38,390 nt of DNA from Pseudomonadota bacterium (GCA_021827445.1 JAKAVW010000001.1:1-38390), one strand, 5' to 3'. Numbered from the stretch's first letter, positions 1-9,814 are shown. Translations and numbers: made by a program. The notes: a model not told the origin generated them from the letters alone.

Positions 1-140
1 AAAAGATGGGCATCAGCTGGGACAAGGCCAAGGCCGACTTCCAGGAATATCTCAAGCAGGTGGAGCAAGGCAATGTGGAATACCTCTACAACCCCGAACT
101 CGCCACCAATCAAAACATCAACATGAAAGCGGGCGCTTAA
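1..140 (+). CDS. hdrB1: sHdr heterodisulfide reductase-like subunit B1, C-terminal end (partial)
   Basis: Frame from position 3 reads KMGISWDKAKADFQEYLKQVEQGNVEYLYNPELATNQNINMKAGA* (TAA 138-140). It lies directly upstream of hdrA, matching the canonical hdrC1-B1-A-H-C2-B2 order. Confidence 0.75.
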   Translation, partial: KMGISWDKAKADFQEYLKQVEQGNVEYLYNPELATNQNINMKAGA

Positions 141-152
141 GGAGAAAGTTCA

Positions 153-1208
153 GTGAGTGCACAAGATACAGTTTTAGTCGTAGGTGCAGGTCCAGCAGGT
201 TTGTCGGCAGCCGCTACTATTGCCTCCATGGGTAAGAAAGCGGTTATCGTCGAGAAAGAAGATGTACTTGGTGGTGCACCCATCATCTCGGGTTACGCCA
301 AACTGGTGCCCTCCGGCGAGTGGGCCAAAGATGCCATCGGTCGTATGGTTAGCCGCGTGGAAGGCGACGGTAACGTCAGCATCCATAAGTCTACCAAGGT
401 CACGCAGGTGGCGGGCGAAGCCGGTAACTTTACGGCTACCCTGAGCAATGGCGATAAACTCGATGCTGGCGCTATCGTGCTAGGCACTGGATTCACCCAT
501 TTCGACTCCATCAATAAGCCGGAATGGGGCTTCGGCACCTACGAGGATGTACTTACCACTACCCAGATGGAGCAGATGGTGGGTACAGGGCAAATCCGTT
601 GTCCCTCCGATGGCCGGGTTCCGGAGCGCGTGGCTATTCTGCTGTGTGTCGGTTCGCGTGACCGCCAGATTGGCCGTGAATGGTGCTCCAAGATCTGCTG
701 CACCGTATCTACCAACCTCGCCATGGAGATCAAGGAAATTTCTCCGAGCACCGACGTCTTCATTTATTACATGGATATCCGTACCTTCGGCCTTTACGAA
801 GACAAGTTCTACTGGAAGAGCCAGGAAGAATACAAAACCAAGTTCGTCAAGGCACGTATTGCTGAAGTGACCAAATCTCCAGATGGCCGTTTGTTGGTCA
901 AGGGTGAAGATACTTTAGTCAAGCGTCCGATCGTCATTCCGATGGATCTTGTCGTGCATGCCATCGGCATGGACCCTAACGCATTGAATCCCGAGATCGC
1001 CAAGACCTTTGGCATTGGGCTTGAGAAGCATGGATTTATTGATCGAGCGGAGCAATACACCAACAGTCAAGGAACAACCCGCAAGGGTATTTACGTATGT
1101 GGCTCTGCCACTGGTCCGGAAACCATCGATGACTCGATTGCGCAAGGTCAGGCAGCCGGTTCGCGTGCGGTGGCGGACCTCTACGGACAGCAGAAAGTTG
1201 CCAGCTGA
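153..1208 (+). CDS. hdrA: sHdr flavoprotein subunit A (FAD, [4Fe-4S])
   Basis: N-terminal GAGPAG Rossmann motif; CVGSRD...WCSKICC Fe-S motif; YMDIRTFG; GGAG RBS before the GTG start. Confidence 0.95.
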   Translation: MSAQDTVLVVGAGPAGLSAAATIASMGKKAVIVEKEDVLGGAPIISGYAKLVPSGEWAKDAIGRMVSRVEGDGNVSIHKSTKVTQVAGEAGNFTATLSNGDKLDAGAIVLGTGFTHFDSINKPEWGFGTYEDVLTTTQMEQMVGTGQIRCPSDGRVPERVAILLCVGSRDRQIGREWCSKICCTVSTNLAMEIKEISPSTDVFIYYMDIRTFGLYEDKFYWKSQEEYKTKFVKARIAEVTKSPDGRLLVKGEDTLVKRPIVIPMDLVVHAIGMDPNALNPEIAKTFGIGLEKHGFIDRAEQYTNSQGTTRKGIYVCGSATGPETIDDSIAQGQAAGSRAVADLYGQQKVAS

Positions 1209-2016
1209 TATCTACCACGCCGGGAACGAAGAGCATGTCGTTCCCGCCTCGTTGCCGGTCGAGTTGGATAAAGGACTGCTCAACAAGTCCTTTTATGAGC
1301 TCGAAGAGGCTTTTGAGGGGCAGCAAGGCCTTGCTGATCTGGTCAGTAGTCTGACTAAGAAATCGGCGAGTTTTCGCCGGCTTCTGCTGGAAAGCAAACA
1401 GTCGCTGACGGACGAACAGATGGAGCATCTCGTTGAACAAATGTTCACTGCGCGGCGCAAAATCTGGCCGGTCATACAGGAGCAGGGTGCTGCACGGGTA
1501 GGTGAAGTGATGCGTGATTTGCTGGACGGCCACGGTGATCTGGCACAGCGCATGACGCGTTTTGAAGAGGCTTTGCCTGCCACAGGAAAAGCAAAACGTG
1601 TTATCAGGGATATGGGTGCCGAGGTGTTGCATTTCAGCGACCCCGAACGGTATCCGCTGATGACGCGCTGGGTCTGGGATCAAAGTACAACCTCAGGCGC
1701 AGTACGTGAATTCATCCGTGGGGGCGACTATCTGACCGATTTCCCTTTCGGCGAAAGTCCGGAAATGTTTGAGGGTTTGCGCCAATGGATGCGGGAAACA
1801 CTGTTGGAATTAGGGGTATATCGTGATGTACCTTATATGATCGATATCATCCTGGCCCATCAGTATTCGCAATATGTGCGCGCTATGGCGGAAGGCTTTT
1901 TGCGTTCAGATTTTGGCGGCCAAACAGACTTTACGGAACAGATCCGTAAGTTGCTGGGCGTAGAAGTACACCGGCGGATGGGCGGCTCGCGTATCAAGAG
2001 AGACGACATTCATTAA
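1198..2016 (+). CDS. Conserved hypothetical protein of the sHdr cluster (sHdrH-like)
   Basis: Long ORF between hdrA and hdrC2, the conserved position of the sHdr 'hyp' gene. The start is uncertain: in-frame TTG at 1198 (overlapping the hdrA end) or at 1252. Confidence 0.75.
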   Translation: MPADIYHAGNEEHVVPASLPVELDKGLLNKSFYELEEAFEGQQGLADLVSSLTKKSASFRRLLLESKQSLTDEQMEHLVEQMFTARRKIWPVIQEQGAARVGEVMRDLLDGHGDLAQRMTRFEEALPATGKAKRVIRDMGAEVLHFSDPERYPLMTRWVWDQSTTSGAVREFIRGGDYLTDFPFGESPEMFEGLRQWMRETLLELGVYRDVPYMIDIILAHQYSQYVRAMAEGFLRSDFGGQTDFTEQIRKLLGVEVHRRMGGSRIKRDDIH

Positions 2017-2039
2017 TGAATTAGGGTATAGGAGTGGCT

Positions 2040-2759
2040 ATGGCTATTCATGAAAAAACACTGATCGATCCCGATCGGATTTTGCAGCACGATCACTTGG
2101 TAGTGGATGGGGTGGATGTTTCGGGTTCCTGGAACACCATGATTACCCCACGCACGCTGACGGATTACGAAGAGCATTTTGAAGAAATTATCCAGAGCTA
2201 TAGCGGTGGTGAGAACGTGCATCGTTGCTGGCAGTGCGGATCGTGTACCAATTCCTGCACCATGTACGCACAGAATGTGGATTTTAATCCCCGTTACTGG
2301 ATTTACCTGATTCGTCTGGGCCTCAAAGCCGAGTTGATGAAGGACAAAGACATTATCTGGCAGTGTGTTTCCTGCAACAAGTGCACCAACATCTGCCCCA
2401 AGGATGTGCGTCCTGAGGGGGTGATGAAGGCGACGGCGCATTGGCTGGAAGATAACGGCTTGACGCCGAAGACGCTATCGACGCATTTTGATGAGGAGTT
2501 CACCCATCAGTGCATCGAATTCGGGCGTATCGAAGATACCGAAGTCATGGTGGGATTCTTCAAACGCTCTGGTCAGCCTCTGGTCCAGGCCTGGATCGTG
2601 GAATTTGGTAAGCGTCTGACTAAGCGGCTGCCCCTAGGTCAGTTGGCCAAAATGGGAATGAATGTGGTGTTCCGTCCGAAGACCAAATCCTGGGGTAAAA
2701 CTGGTGAAGTCCTCGCTGAATATGTGAAGGCACAGAAGGAGGCTGCTCATCATGGCTAA
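2040..2759 (+). CDS. hdrC2: sHdr subunit C2 (2x[4Fe-4S] ferredoxin-type)
   Basis: CWQCGSCTNSC and CVSCNKCTNICP motifs; GGAG at 2031 favours the ATG at 2040. Confidence 0.93.
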   Translation: MAIHEKTLIDPDRILQHDHLVVDGVDVSGSWNTMITPRTLTDYEEHFEEIIQSYSGGENVHRCWQCGSCTNSCTMYAQNVDFNPRYWIYLIRLGLKAELMKDKDIIWQCVSCNKCTNICPKDVRPEGVMKATAHWLEDNGLTPKTLSTHFDEEFTHQCIEFGRIEDTEVMVGFFKRSGQPLVQAWIVEFGKRLTKRLPLGQLAKMGMNVVFRPKTKSWGKTGEVLAEYVKAQKEAAHHG

Positions 2760-3663
2760 GGTTGCATATTATCCCGGTTGCGCGCTGGAAGGTTCCGGCG
2801 GACCCTATGACAAATCCACTCGTGTTCTGGTGAAAGAACTTGGTTTGGAGATGGAGAATCTCGAAGACTACAACTGCTGCGGCGCGATGGAAGTGAAGAA
2901 TATTCACCCCATGTTGCAGACGTATATGTCCGCGCGGAATCTCGCTATTGCCAGTAAACTACAGGGTTGCGATACGGTAATGGCGCCTTGTAACGGCTGT
3001 TATCGTAATCTGAAGCAGGTCGAATATGAGTGTGCTACTTCTGAAGAAACCATGAAGACGGTTCAGGATCTCGCCGTAAAATCCGGTGATCCCGTCTATG
3101 AAGGGGATGTGCGTAGTCTGCATGCTCTTGAGTGGTTTATGGAAGAAGTGGGTACAGACGGTATCAAGAGTAAGGTCAAAAAGAGTCTGAACGGTCTGAA
3201 GATCGCCAACTACTACGGCTGCATGTATACCCGTCCCCGGCAGATTTTTCCGGAAAAGGACCAAGGACCGGGCTCAGAGTCAAGCTATGCGCCACATTTC
3301 ATGGATGATTTATTGTCCGCTGCCGGTGCCGTCAATGTCGATTTTCCGCTGAAAACGGCATGCTGTGGTGGTGCCCATACGTTGTCTGATTCGGACACCT
3401 CCACCCAGTTGGTGTTGAATATCCTCCAGGCGGCGGAAGATGCCGGTGCGGAAGTGATTGCCACCGAGTGTCCTACCTGCCACTCTGGTCTGGAAATGCA
3501 TCAGGTCCGTGCGGAGATAGAGTTTGGCATCAAGTCGAACGTCAAGGTGATCTACTTCACCCAGTTGCTCGGTTTGGCCATGGGTCTGTCTGCGCGCAAA
3601 GTCGGCATTCCCGACAATGTCAGCGACTCGATGGATCTCCTCGCTGCCAAAGGTATCATCTAA
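2752..3663 (+). CDS. hdrB2: sHdr subunit B2 (CCG domain protein)
   Basis: YYPGC...CCG...CNGC and YYGC...CCG...CPTC motifs; overlaps the hdrC2 stop. Confidence 0.93.
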   Translation: MAKVAYYPGCALEGSGGPYDKSTRVLVKELGLEMENLEDYNCCGAMEVKNIHPMLQTYMSARNLAIASKLQGCDTVMAPCNGCYRNLKQVEYECATSEETMKTVQDLAVKSGDPVYEGDVRSLHALEWFMEEVGTDGIKSKVKKSLNGLKIANYYGCMYTRPRQIFPEKDQGPGSESSYAPHFMDDLLSAAGAVNVDFPLKTACCGGAHTLSDSDTSTQLVLNILQAAEDAGAEVIATECPTCHSGLEMHQVRAEIEFGIKSNVKVIYFTQLLGLAMGLSARKVGIPDNVSDSMDLLAAKGII

Positions 3664-3675
3664 AGATGTAGGAAG

Positions 3676-3702
3676 GCGCCCCTTTGCGGGGCGCTTTTTT
3701 TT
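3676..3702 (+). terminator. Rho-independent terminator after hdrB2
   Basis: GCGCCCC-tttgc-GGGGCGC stem followed by T8. Confidence 0.8.
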
Positions 3703-3729
3703 ACCTGCCGCTGATATCAGGGGAAGGCT

Positions 3730-4176
3730 ATGGAATGTAACGGTTGCGAATTCCGTGCCGAATTATATTACGATCGGGAATGTCAAATCTGGGTGCGACG
3801 CGAAGGCGATGGCACACTTACCGTGGGTATGACCGACATATCTCAGTCGATAGCGGGAAAGATTTTGCATGTCCGGGTGCGCCGACCCGGGACACGTCGT
3901 CCGGTGGGTAAACCGGTCGCCACTATTGAGAGTGGGAAATGGGCGGGTCCGGTGCCGAATGTCTTTGATTGCGTGATTGATTTGGCCAACGAAGATGTGT
4001 TGGAAGATCCCAATCTTCTCAATATTGAACCCTACGAAGCATGGATCGCACGGGTACGGCCAGTGGCTTCGGTAGACGTTGCGCTCGAAAGGCTGTCTAC
4101 TGGAGACGCTGCCTTTGAGTTGTACCGGCAGCGCTGTCTGCGTGACAATATCCATTGTGAACGAGGAATGCGATGA
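3730..4176 (+). CDS. lbpA1: Lipoate-binding protein LbpA1 (GcvH-like)
   Basis: Glycine cleavage H fold; lipoylation motif ATIESGKWAGP; extra N- and C-terminal Cys typical of LbpA; sHdr context. Confidence 0.88.
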   Translation: MECNGCEFRAELYYDRECQIWVRREGDGTLTVGMTDISQSIAGKILHVRVRRPGTRRPVGKPVATIESGKWAGPVPNVFDCVIDLANEDVLEDPNLLNIEPYEAWIARVRPVASVDVALERLSTGDAAFELYRQRCLRDNIHCERGMR

Positions 4177-4568
4177 GCGATCACTATCTGGAGGATCAGG
4201 GTGAAAAATCGGTAGTCATCGTGATGACCAGTGGGCCGAGCACGGCACACCGCTGTGCGACACCTTTTTATCTAGGAGCCCTGTTGTCTTCCATGGATGC
4301 AGAGGTTAAGATTTTTTGCACGATGGAAGCGGTTAGGCTCATGCAGACGGGCGTTGCGGAAAATCTCTCGGCGATGGCTGGGGGTAAGCGCATTATCGAC
4401 TTTATTCGCGACGCGAAAAATGCCGGGGTAGAAATTCACGTATGTCGCCCGGCACTCCCAGGCTATGACATCGAGGCCGATAACCTGATTGAGGAAGTGG
4501 ATGCGGTGGCATCTGCCGGTGATCTCGCAGACTTGATTTTATCCGTGGACCGACTGCTGTTTTTTTGA
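4173..4568 (+). CDS. dsrE: DsrE-family sulfur transfer protein
   Basis: DsrE/F pattern (VIVMTSGP...RCATPF...IFCTMEAV...GVEIHVC); ATGA overlap with lbpA1. Confidence 0.85.
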   Translation: MSDHYLEDQGEKSVVIVMTSGPSTAHRCATPFYLGALLSSMDAEVKIFCTMEAVRLMQTGVAENLSAMAGGKRIIDFIRDAKNAGVEIHVCRPALPGYDIEADNLIEEVDAVASAGDLADLILSVDRLLFF

Positions 4569-4624
4569 CTAATGCTGCCTGGCAGCAGGCTCTGTTTACC
4601 TAAAATGTAACCCCGAAGGAGAAA

Positions 4625-5065
4625 ATGATGGGAACTGTACGTGGCTGTGAAATCCCCGAAGATCTGATGTACAACGTTGATAATAACGTGTGGCTGCGCA
4701 AGGAAGATGATGGCAGTGTGACCATTGGCATGACCTCCTATGCTTGTGCGCTGGCTGGACAGATTGTTTCTTATACGCCTAAGGGGGCTGGTAAGGATAT
4801 CAAGAAGGACAAGTCGGCGGCGACTGTTGAGTCTGGCAAGTGGGTAGGTCCGTTGAAGAGCCCTGTCAGTGGCACGATCTTATCGAGCAATGATGACGTT
4901 GCGAAAGATCCTGGTCTCATCAATAAAGATCCCTATGGCAGCGGTTGGATCGCCAAGTTGACTCCTGCGGACTTTGCGGGTGATTCCGGTGAATTGAAGA
5001 CCGGTGCCGATGTGTTGGCGGCCTTTGAGGAAAAAATGACGACGGATGGTTTTGGCGGCTGCTGA
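4625..5065 (+). CDS. lbpA2: Lipoate-binding protein LbpA2 (GcvH-like)
   Basis: ATVESGKWVGP lipoyl-lysine motif, INKDPYGSGW, N-terminal RGC and C-terminal GGC; AAGGAG RBS. Confidence 0.9.
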   Translation: MMGTVRGCEIPEDLMYNVDNNVWLRKEDDGSVTIGMTSYACALAGQIVSYTPKGAGKDIKKDKSAATVESGKWVGPLKSPVSGTILSSNDDVAKDPGLINKDPYGSGWIAKLTPADFAGDSGELKTGADVLAAFEEKMTTDGFGGC

Positions 5066-5148
5066 TCAGCAAAACCCGTCATGATTCAAGAAGACGGCCG
5101 CATTTGCGGCCGTCTAGCTTTCTCTCTGTGCAAAGGATGGAAATTCAT

Positions 5149-6270
5149 ATGAACCCATGGTTGAACGCTGTTTCTCAAGTGGAGGCTTTGGAGGATTTGG
5201 TCCTCAATGCGGATTTAGTGGACTCTATGCGCGAACGGTGGTCGGGTCTGTCCGGCAGTCAGGTGGGTCGCATCAATTTCTATACGCCTTCTTTTAGGCA
5301 TCATGAGACGTCGGAGGTTTCCGCATGCGGGAAGAATGCCTTCCCGGCTATTTCCATCACCGGTGGGGACTGCAAGTTACAGTGCGATCACTGTAAGGCG
5401 AAGATTCTGGAGCCGATGATTCCGGTGCGGACGCCAGAAGAACTGGATCGTCTGGTGGACCAGATTGTCCTGGATGGGGGCCGTGGGCTGCTTCTTTCAG
5501 GAGGTTCTGACCACCAGAACGTGGTCCATTATGAACCCTATTTCCCGACGGTGCGCAAGATTAAGGATCGCTATCCAAATTTACAGATTGCCATGCATAC
5601 CGGTATTGCGACCCCGGAGTTTGCACGCGGGATGGAGGATGCTGGTGTCGATGTGGCCATGATGGATGTCATCGGTGCGCAGGACACCATCAACCAGGTT
5701 TACCATTTGCGCCGTTCGGTGGATGATTTTGAGGCCGCGCTGGAAGCCTTGGTGGCCACCAAGATGAAAGTGGTGCCGCATATTGTCATCGGGCTGCATT
5801 ACGGGGAGCTGCTTGGTGAATGGAACTCTCTCGAAATTATCCAGCGGCATCTGCCCAGTGCGTTGGTGCTGGTGGTAATCATGCCGCAGTATGCTGCTTC
5901 GAGTCGGCCTTTCGCGACGCCAGCGGCGGATGAAATCGGTAAATTCTTTATGGATGCGCGTGCTGCTCTACCGGAAACACCGGTATTGTTGGGTTGCGCG
6001 CGTCCATCCGGCGTGCATCGCTCCATCACCGACACCTATGCGGTCATGGCGGGGCTGAACGGCGTGGCCTTCCCCTCTGATGGCATGCTGGCGCTTGCCA
6101 AACATCTGGAACGGGATGTTTTTGTGACACCTTCCTGCTGCTCCATGATCGTGGGTGAAGAAGTCCTGGCGCTCGGTGATGAGACGACTACCATGCCCTT
6201 GGACTATGTTCCCGTCGCGCCGAAGCGTCGTACGCAACTGCGGGATATCCCGATTGTGTTTACGGCCTGA
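5149..6270 (+). CDS. lipS1: Radical SAM lipoyl synthase LipS1
   Basis: ISITGGDCKLQCDHC (CxxxCxxC), LLSGG, VVPHIVIGL, LGCARP motifs; lbpA-lipS context. Start could be 5137. Confidence 0.85.
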   Translation: MNPWLNAVSQVEALEDLVLNADLVDSMRERWSGLSGSQVGRINFYTPSFRHHETSEVSACGKNAFPAISITGGDCKLQCDHCKAKILEPMIPVRTPEELDRLVDQIVLDGGRGLLLSGGSDHQNVVHYEPYFPTVRKIKDRYPNLQIAMHTGIATPEFARGMEDAGVDVAMMDVIGAQDTINQVYHLRRSVDDFEAALEALVATKMKVVPHIVIGLHYGELLGEWNSLEIIQRHLPSALVLVVIMPQYAASSRPFATPAADEIGKFFMDARAALPETPVLLGCARPSGVHRSITDTYAVMAGLNGVAFPSDGMLALAKHLERDVFVTPSCCSMIVGEEVLALGDETTTMPLDYVPVAPKRRTQLRDIPIVFTA

Positions 6271-6318
6271 GACGATAGTGCTTTCTCTGGGCTCCATGTT
6301 TTCCCGGTGGCTTGCGTT

Positions 6319-7389
6319 ATGACGGCGCACGCCACTGATGACTGGCTTATGGTCGATACCGGGCTACGCTCGGCCGACGAAAATATGGCTTTAGACAAAG
6401 CGTTGCTCCTGGCGATGTCGGAAAGCCGGATTCCCAACATTTTTCGTTTCCTGCGCTTTGAGGAATCCGCGCTGGTCGGTTATCACCAATCACCGGAGCA
6501 GGAGCTCAATCTGGAGTTCTGTCGTGAGCAGGGGATCGCCGTGCAGCGTCGTCTCACCGGCGGCGGTGCACTGATCTTTGATCCCACCCAGATAGGCTGG
6601 GAGCTGGTTTGTCGGCGGGACGCGCTGCCCCAGGGTGATATGGCGTCGCTGTCACGGAAGATCTGTGAAGCGGCGGCGGCCGGCTTGTCACTTTTGGGAG
6701 TGACCGCGCAATTTCGTCCGCGCAATGACATTGAAGTGGAGGGGCGAAAGATTTCCGGCACCGGTGGGATCATGGATGGAGACACGTTGCTGTTTCAGGG
6801 CACGGTGCTGGTCGATCTGGATATCCCGCGGATGTTGCGGGTACTGCGCGTGCCATTGGAGAAACTGGACGCCCACGCCATCTCTTCGGTGGCGGAACGG
6901 GTGACCAGCTTAAAAGCCCTGTTAGGTAAAGCGCCGGAGTTGATGGTGGTGCAGAAAGCCTTGCTGGATGGTTTCCGTGCGCAGTTGGGGCTGTCTTTCG
7001 TCGAAGGGGACTTGCCGGACTGTGTTACCGAATTGCTGCCAGAGGCGTTGGCGAAGGTGCGTGACGCGGAGTGGCTCGGCATCAACCGCCGCGCGCGCGA
7101 CGCTATGCCGTTGCGTAAAGCGACGTTGCGCGCCCCCGGTGGCACGCTGCAAGCGGAAATGCTCTGGGATAGCTATGGGAACCGGGTGCGGCAAGTCCAC
7201 TTTAGTGGTGACTATTTTATCCAGCCGCCGCGCGCTATCGTCGATCTGGAGGCGGCACTGCGTAATGTGCATCTGAATGACGTGGATGGCATTATCGAGG
7301 GATTGTTCGAGGAACAGGCTGTCGATGGCTTCGGCTTACAGCCGGAGCATTTCGCGACGGTATTGCGGATGGCGGCAAAAGACGCGTGA
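6319..7389 (+). CDS. lplA: Lipoate:protein ligase sLpl(AB)
   Basis: NMALD, RRLTGGGA, NDI..GRKISGTG catalytic motifs plus a C-terminal LplB-like domain (PGG...SGDYF). Start 6307 or 6319. Confidence 0.88.
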   Translation: MTAHATDDWLMVDTGLRSADENMALDKALLLAMSESRIPNIFRFLRFEESALVGYHQSPEQELNLEFCREQGIAVQRRLTGGGALIFDPTQIGWELVCRRDALPQGDMASLSRKICEAAAAGLSLLGVTAQFRPRNDIEVEGRKISGTGGIMDGDTLLFQGTVLVDLDIPRMLRVLRVPLEKLDAHAISSVAERVTSLKALLGKAPELMVVQKALLDGFRAQLGLSFVEGDLPDCVTELLPEALAKVRDAEWLGINRRARDAMPLRKATLRAPGGTLQAEMLWDSYGNRVRQVHFSGDYFIQPPRAIVDLEAALRNVHLNDVDGIIEGLFEEQAVDGFGLQPEHFATVLRMAAKDA

Positions 7390-8447
7390 ACCCTTTAGCC
7401 ACAGATGTACTGGTGATTGGTGCCGGTCCGGCTGGCGCGGCGGCAGCGCGTGCCGCTGCGGGCCGCGGCCTTACGGTGATTTGCGTTGATCGCCGTGCGG
7501 AGATCGGTGTCCCGGTGCAATGCGCCGAGTTTGTCCCCATGCCGCTCTTGCGTACCGTGCATGAAACGGATTCGCGGGTGCAGGACGTAGAAGGGATGCT
7601 GACGGTGCTGCCATCCGGGCTGCAGCATCACAGCGTCTTCCCCGGCATGATGATTGACCGGGCACGTTTTGATCAGGGTCTGGCGGAGTTGGCGCAGGCG
7701 GCGGGCGCGCAGGTGAAAACGTGTTGCCAATTCCTCGCCTGGGATGGCGCAGTGGCCCGCTTGCGGCGCGGCACGGATGACGAGTTCACGGTGCGTCCCC
7801 GCTTGCTGATTGGCGCCGATGGGCCCCACAGCCTGGTGGCGGAGGCCGTGGGGTTGCCGCATCAACAGGTGGTTTATACTCGTCAATACACGGTGCCGTT
7901 GACGCGCCCCTATGCGGATACCGATATTTTCCTTTCGGATGCTTTTCCGGGAGGCTATGGCTGGTTGTTTCCCCGCGGGCCGGTGGCTAATCTCGGACTG
8001 GGGGCGGATCGGCGTTTTGAGGACAATCTTAAATTGCCGCTGGAGCAGTTGCATCGGCAGATGGTGGAGCGCGGCATCGTCGGCGAATCAGTCCTCGGGC
8101 GTACCGGCGGCGCGATCCCCGTAGGCGGTATTCGGCCCATGGTGCATGGCAACGTGGTGCTTGCCGGAGATGCGGCCGGGCTGACCCACCCCATTACCGG
8201 GGCGGGCATCCCCGCGGCGGTGATCAGTGGTGAGGGCGCGGGATGGGCGGCCGCTGATTACCTGGCGGGTGATGAGGACGCATTAGAGAGCTACGCAGAA
8301 GATATGCAGGATCAGTTTGGTCCGGCCCTGGCGCGGGCTGTGCAGCGCAGGAAATCTTTGGAGGCCGTCTGGCGACAGCCTGCGGCTCAGGAAGACAGGG
8401 TGATGCGATCCGGTTGGATCGCCTTTGATGAATACTTTGCCGCTTAA
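7386..8447 (+). CDS. lipT: FAD-dependent oxidoreductase, geranylgeranyl reductase family (LipT)
   Basis: GAGPAG, PVQCAE, GADG, GYGWLFP, GDAAG..HPITGAGI motifs; lies between the ligase and lipS2. Confidence 0.85.
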   Translation: MNPLATDVLVIGAGPAGAAAARAAAGRGLTVICVDRRAEIGVPVQCAEFVPMPLLRTVHETDSRVQDVEGMLTVLPSGLQHHSVFPGMMIDRARFDQGLAELAQAAGAQVKTCCQFLAWDGAVARLRRGTDDEFTVRPRLLIGADGPHSLVAEAVGLPHQQVVYTRQYTVPLTRPYADTDIFLSDAFPGGYGWLFPRGPVANLGLGADRRFEDNLKLPLEQLHRQMVERGIVGESVLGRTGGAIPVGGIRPMVHGNVVLAGDAAGLTHPITGAGIPAAVISGEGAGWAAADYLAGDEDALESYAEDMQDQFGPALARAVQRRKSLEAVWRQPAAQEDRVMRSGWIAFDEYFAA

Positions 8448-8471
8448 GGCGGAATGACAGGAGGAACTTCC

Positions 8472-9608
8472 ATGAGTGCGGTAGCGCAAGAAAATTCTCA
8501 GACCTTGAACTTTTATCGCCCGGATTATTTCGTCAAAACGCCGACGATGCGGTCGCCGGAATATGTGCAGCTCAGCACCGCGGCGGCGATTACGTTGGGC
8601 CTGGTGCCCGGGGTGATGCACCGTACCTCCTGTACCAATTGCCTGAACCTGTTGATGACTTATCCGGAAGGTTGTCGTGCCAACTGCACCTACTGTGGTC
8701 TGGCCCGGCATCGTGAAGAGAGTCGTGATTATGCGGATCGCAACTTCATCCGGGTGGACTGGCCGACGGTGCGCGTGGATGAAATGCTCGAACGTATCGC
8801 CCAGAACAGTGACCGGGGTCAGTTCCAGCGCATGTGCATCAGTATGATCACCCATCCCGATTCTGACCATGATACGCAAGTCATGCTGAAGCGCTGGATG
8901 GAGGTGGCGCCCCATATTCCCGTCTCCATTCTTTCCAACCCGACCACCATGGAGAAGCAGGATCTCATCGACCTCAAGGCGATGGGTGCCGACATTTTTA
9001 CCGTCGCACTGGACGCTGTAACCCCGGAAATCTTTGAGCGCACCCGTGGCAAGACCGTGCAGAGCCCTCATTCCTGGGATAAGTACTGGCAGACCATCGA
9101 ATGGGCGGCAGAGATTTACGGACCGGAGAAATTCGGCGCGCATCTGATCTGCGGCATGGGCGAGACCGAGCAGGAAATCCTCGCCGTCTGTCAGCAGATG
9201 AAGGACATGGGCGGGCATAACCACATGTTCGCCTTCTTCCCCGAGAAGGGTTCCATGATGGAAGATTGGGATGCCGTGCCGCAGGATCACTGGCGCCGGG
9301 TGCAGTTGGGCCGCTTCCTGATCGATTATGCCGGTGGCCGTTACGAAGATATGGGCTTTGACGCCTATGGGCGGGTCGAAGACTTCGGATACCCGCAGGC
9401 CGAATTGGAAGACATCATCAATTCCGGCAAGCCCTTCCAGACCTCCGGCTGCCCTGGGAAGGACGATGAAGAAGTCAGCGCCTGTAACCGGCCTTATGGG
9501 GATTCGTCGCCTTCGGACATTCGCTCCTTTCCTTTCGTGCTGAACAAGGAAGATGTGGAGATCGTGCGGCGCCAGATGCGCTTGCAGGATTTGCAGTTTT
9601 TGGGCTAG
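8472..9608 (+). CDS. lipS2: Radical SAM lipoyl synthase LipS2
   Basis: GCRANCTYC motif; C-terminal TSGCPG...ACNRPY; GGAGG RBS before ATG 8472. Confidence 0.87.
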   Translation: MSAVAQENSQTLNFYRPDYFVKTPTMRSPEYVQLSTAAAITLGLVPGVMHRTSCTNCLNLLMTYPEGCRANCTYCGLARHREESRDYADRNFIRVDWPTVRVDEMLERIAQNSDRGQFQRMCISMITHPDSDHDTQVMLKRWMEVAPHIPVSILSNPTTMEKQDLIDLKAMGADIFTVALDAVTPEIFERTRGKTVQSPHSWDKYWQTIEWAAEIYGPEKFGAHLICGMGETEQEILAVCQQMKDMGGHNHMFAFFPEKGSMMEDWDAVPQDHWRRVQLGRFLIDYAGGRYEDMGFDAYGRVEDFGYPQAELEDIINSGKPFQTSGCPGKDDEEVSACNRPYGDSSPSDIRSFPFVLNKEDVEIVRRQMRLQDLQFLG

Positions 9609-9655
9609 CGCTAAAATTCCGCCCTGAATGGGGGCGTATCATGTAATGTGCATAT

Positions 9656-9676
9656 AGGGGCTTCGGCCCCTTTTTT
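9656..9676 (+). terminator. Rho-independent terminator after lipS2
   Basis: AGGGGC-TTCG-GCCCCT stem with a cUUCGg tetraloop and T6. Confidence 0.85.
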
Positions 9677-9785
9677 GTTGGAGTGTTATGTTTTTTCTTA
9701 TGGGTTTTTATAATATTTATTGTTGCTAATAAACCAATATTTTATGGGTTGATAAAAGGATTAAAAAATTGATAGAACTAAGGTC

Positions 9786-9814
9786 TTGCAACGTTGTTCC
9801 GGTTCCGACACAAT
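9786..9814 (+). promoter_or_regulatory. Candidate sigma70 promoter of the FadL-like gene
   Basis: TTGCAA-N17-CACAAT, preceded by an AT-rich stretch (~9685-9780). Confidence 0.35.

Noticed and set aside
1009-1197. N-terminal extension of the 335-aa ORF overlapping hdrA by 200 bp
   Set aside because: The extension is non-protein-like and overlaps a conserved gene; the real start is near the hdrA stop.
153-3663. Methanogen-type CoM-CoB heterodisulfide reductase
   Set aside because: The short single-module HdrA, split B1/B2 arrangement and lbpA/dsrE neighbours indicate the bacterial sulfur-oxidising sHdr.
3730-5065. Annotation of the two H-protein-like genes as glycine cleavage system gcvH
   Set aside because: No gcvT/gcvP is nearby; the terminal Cys residues and sHdr context indicate LbpA.
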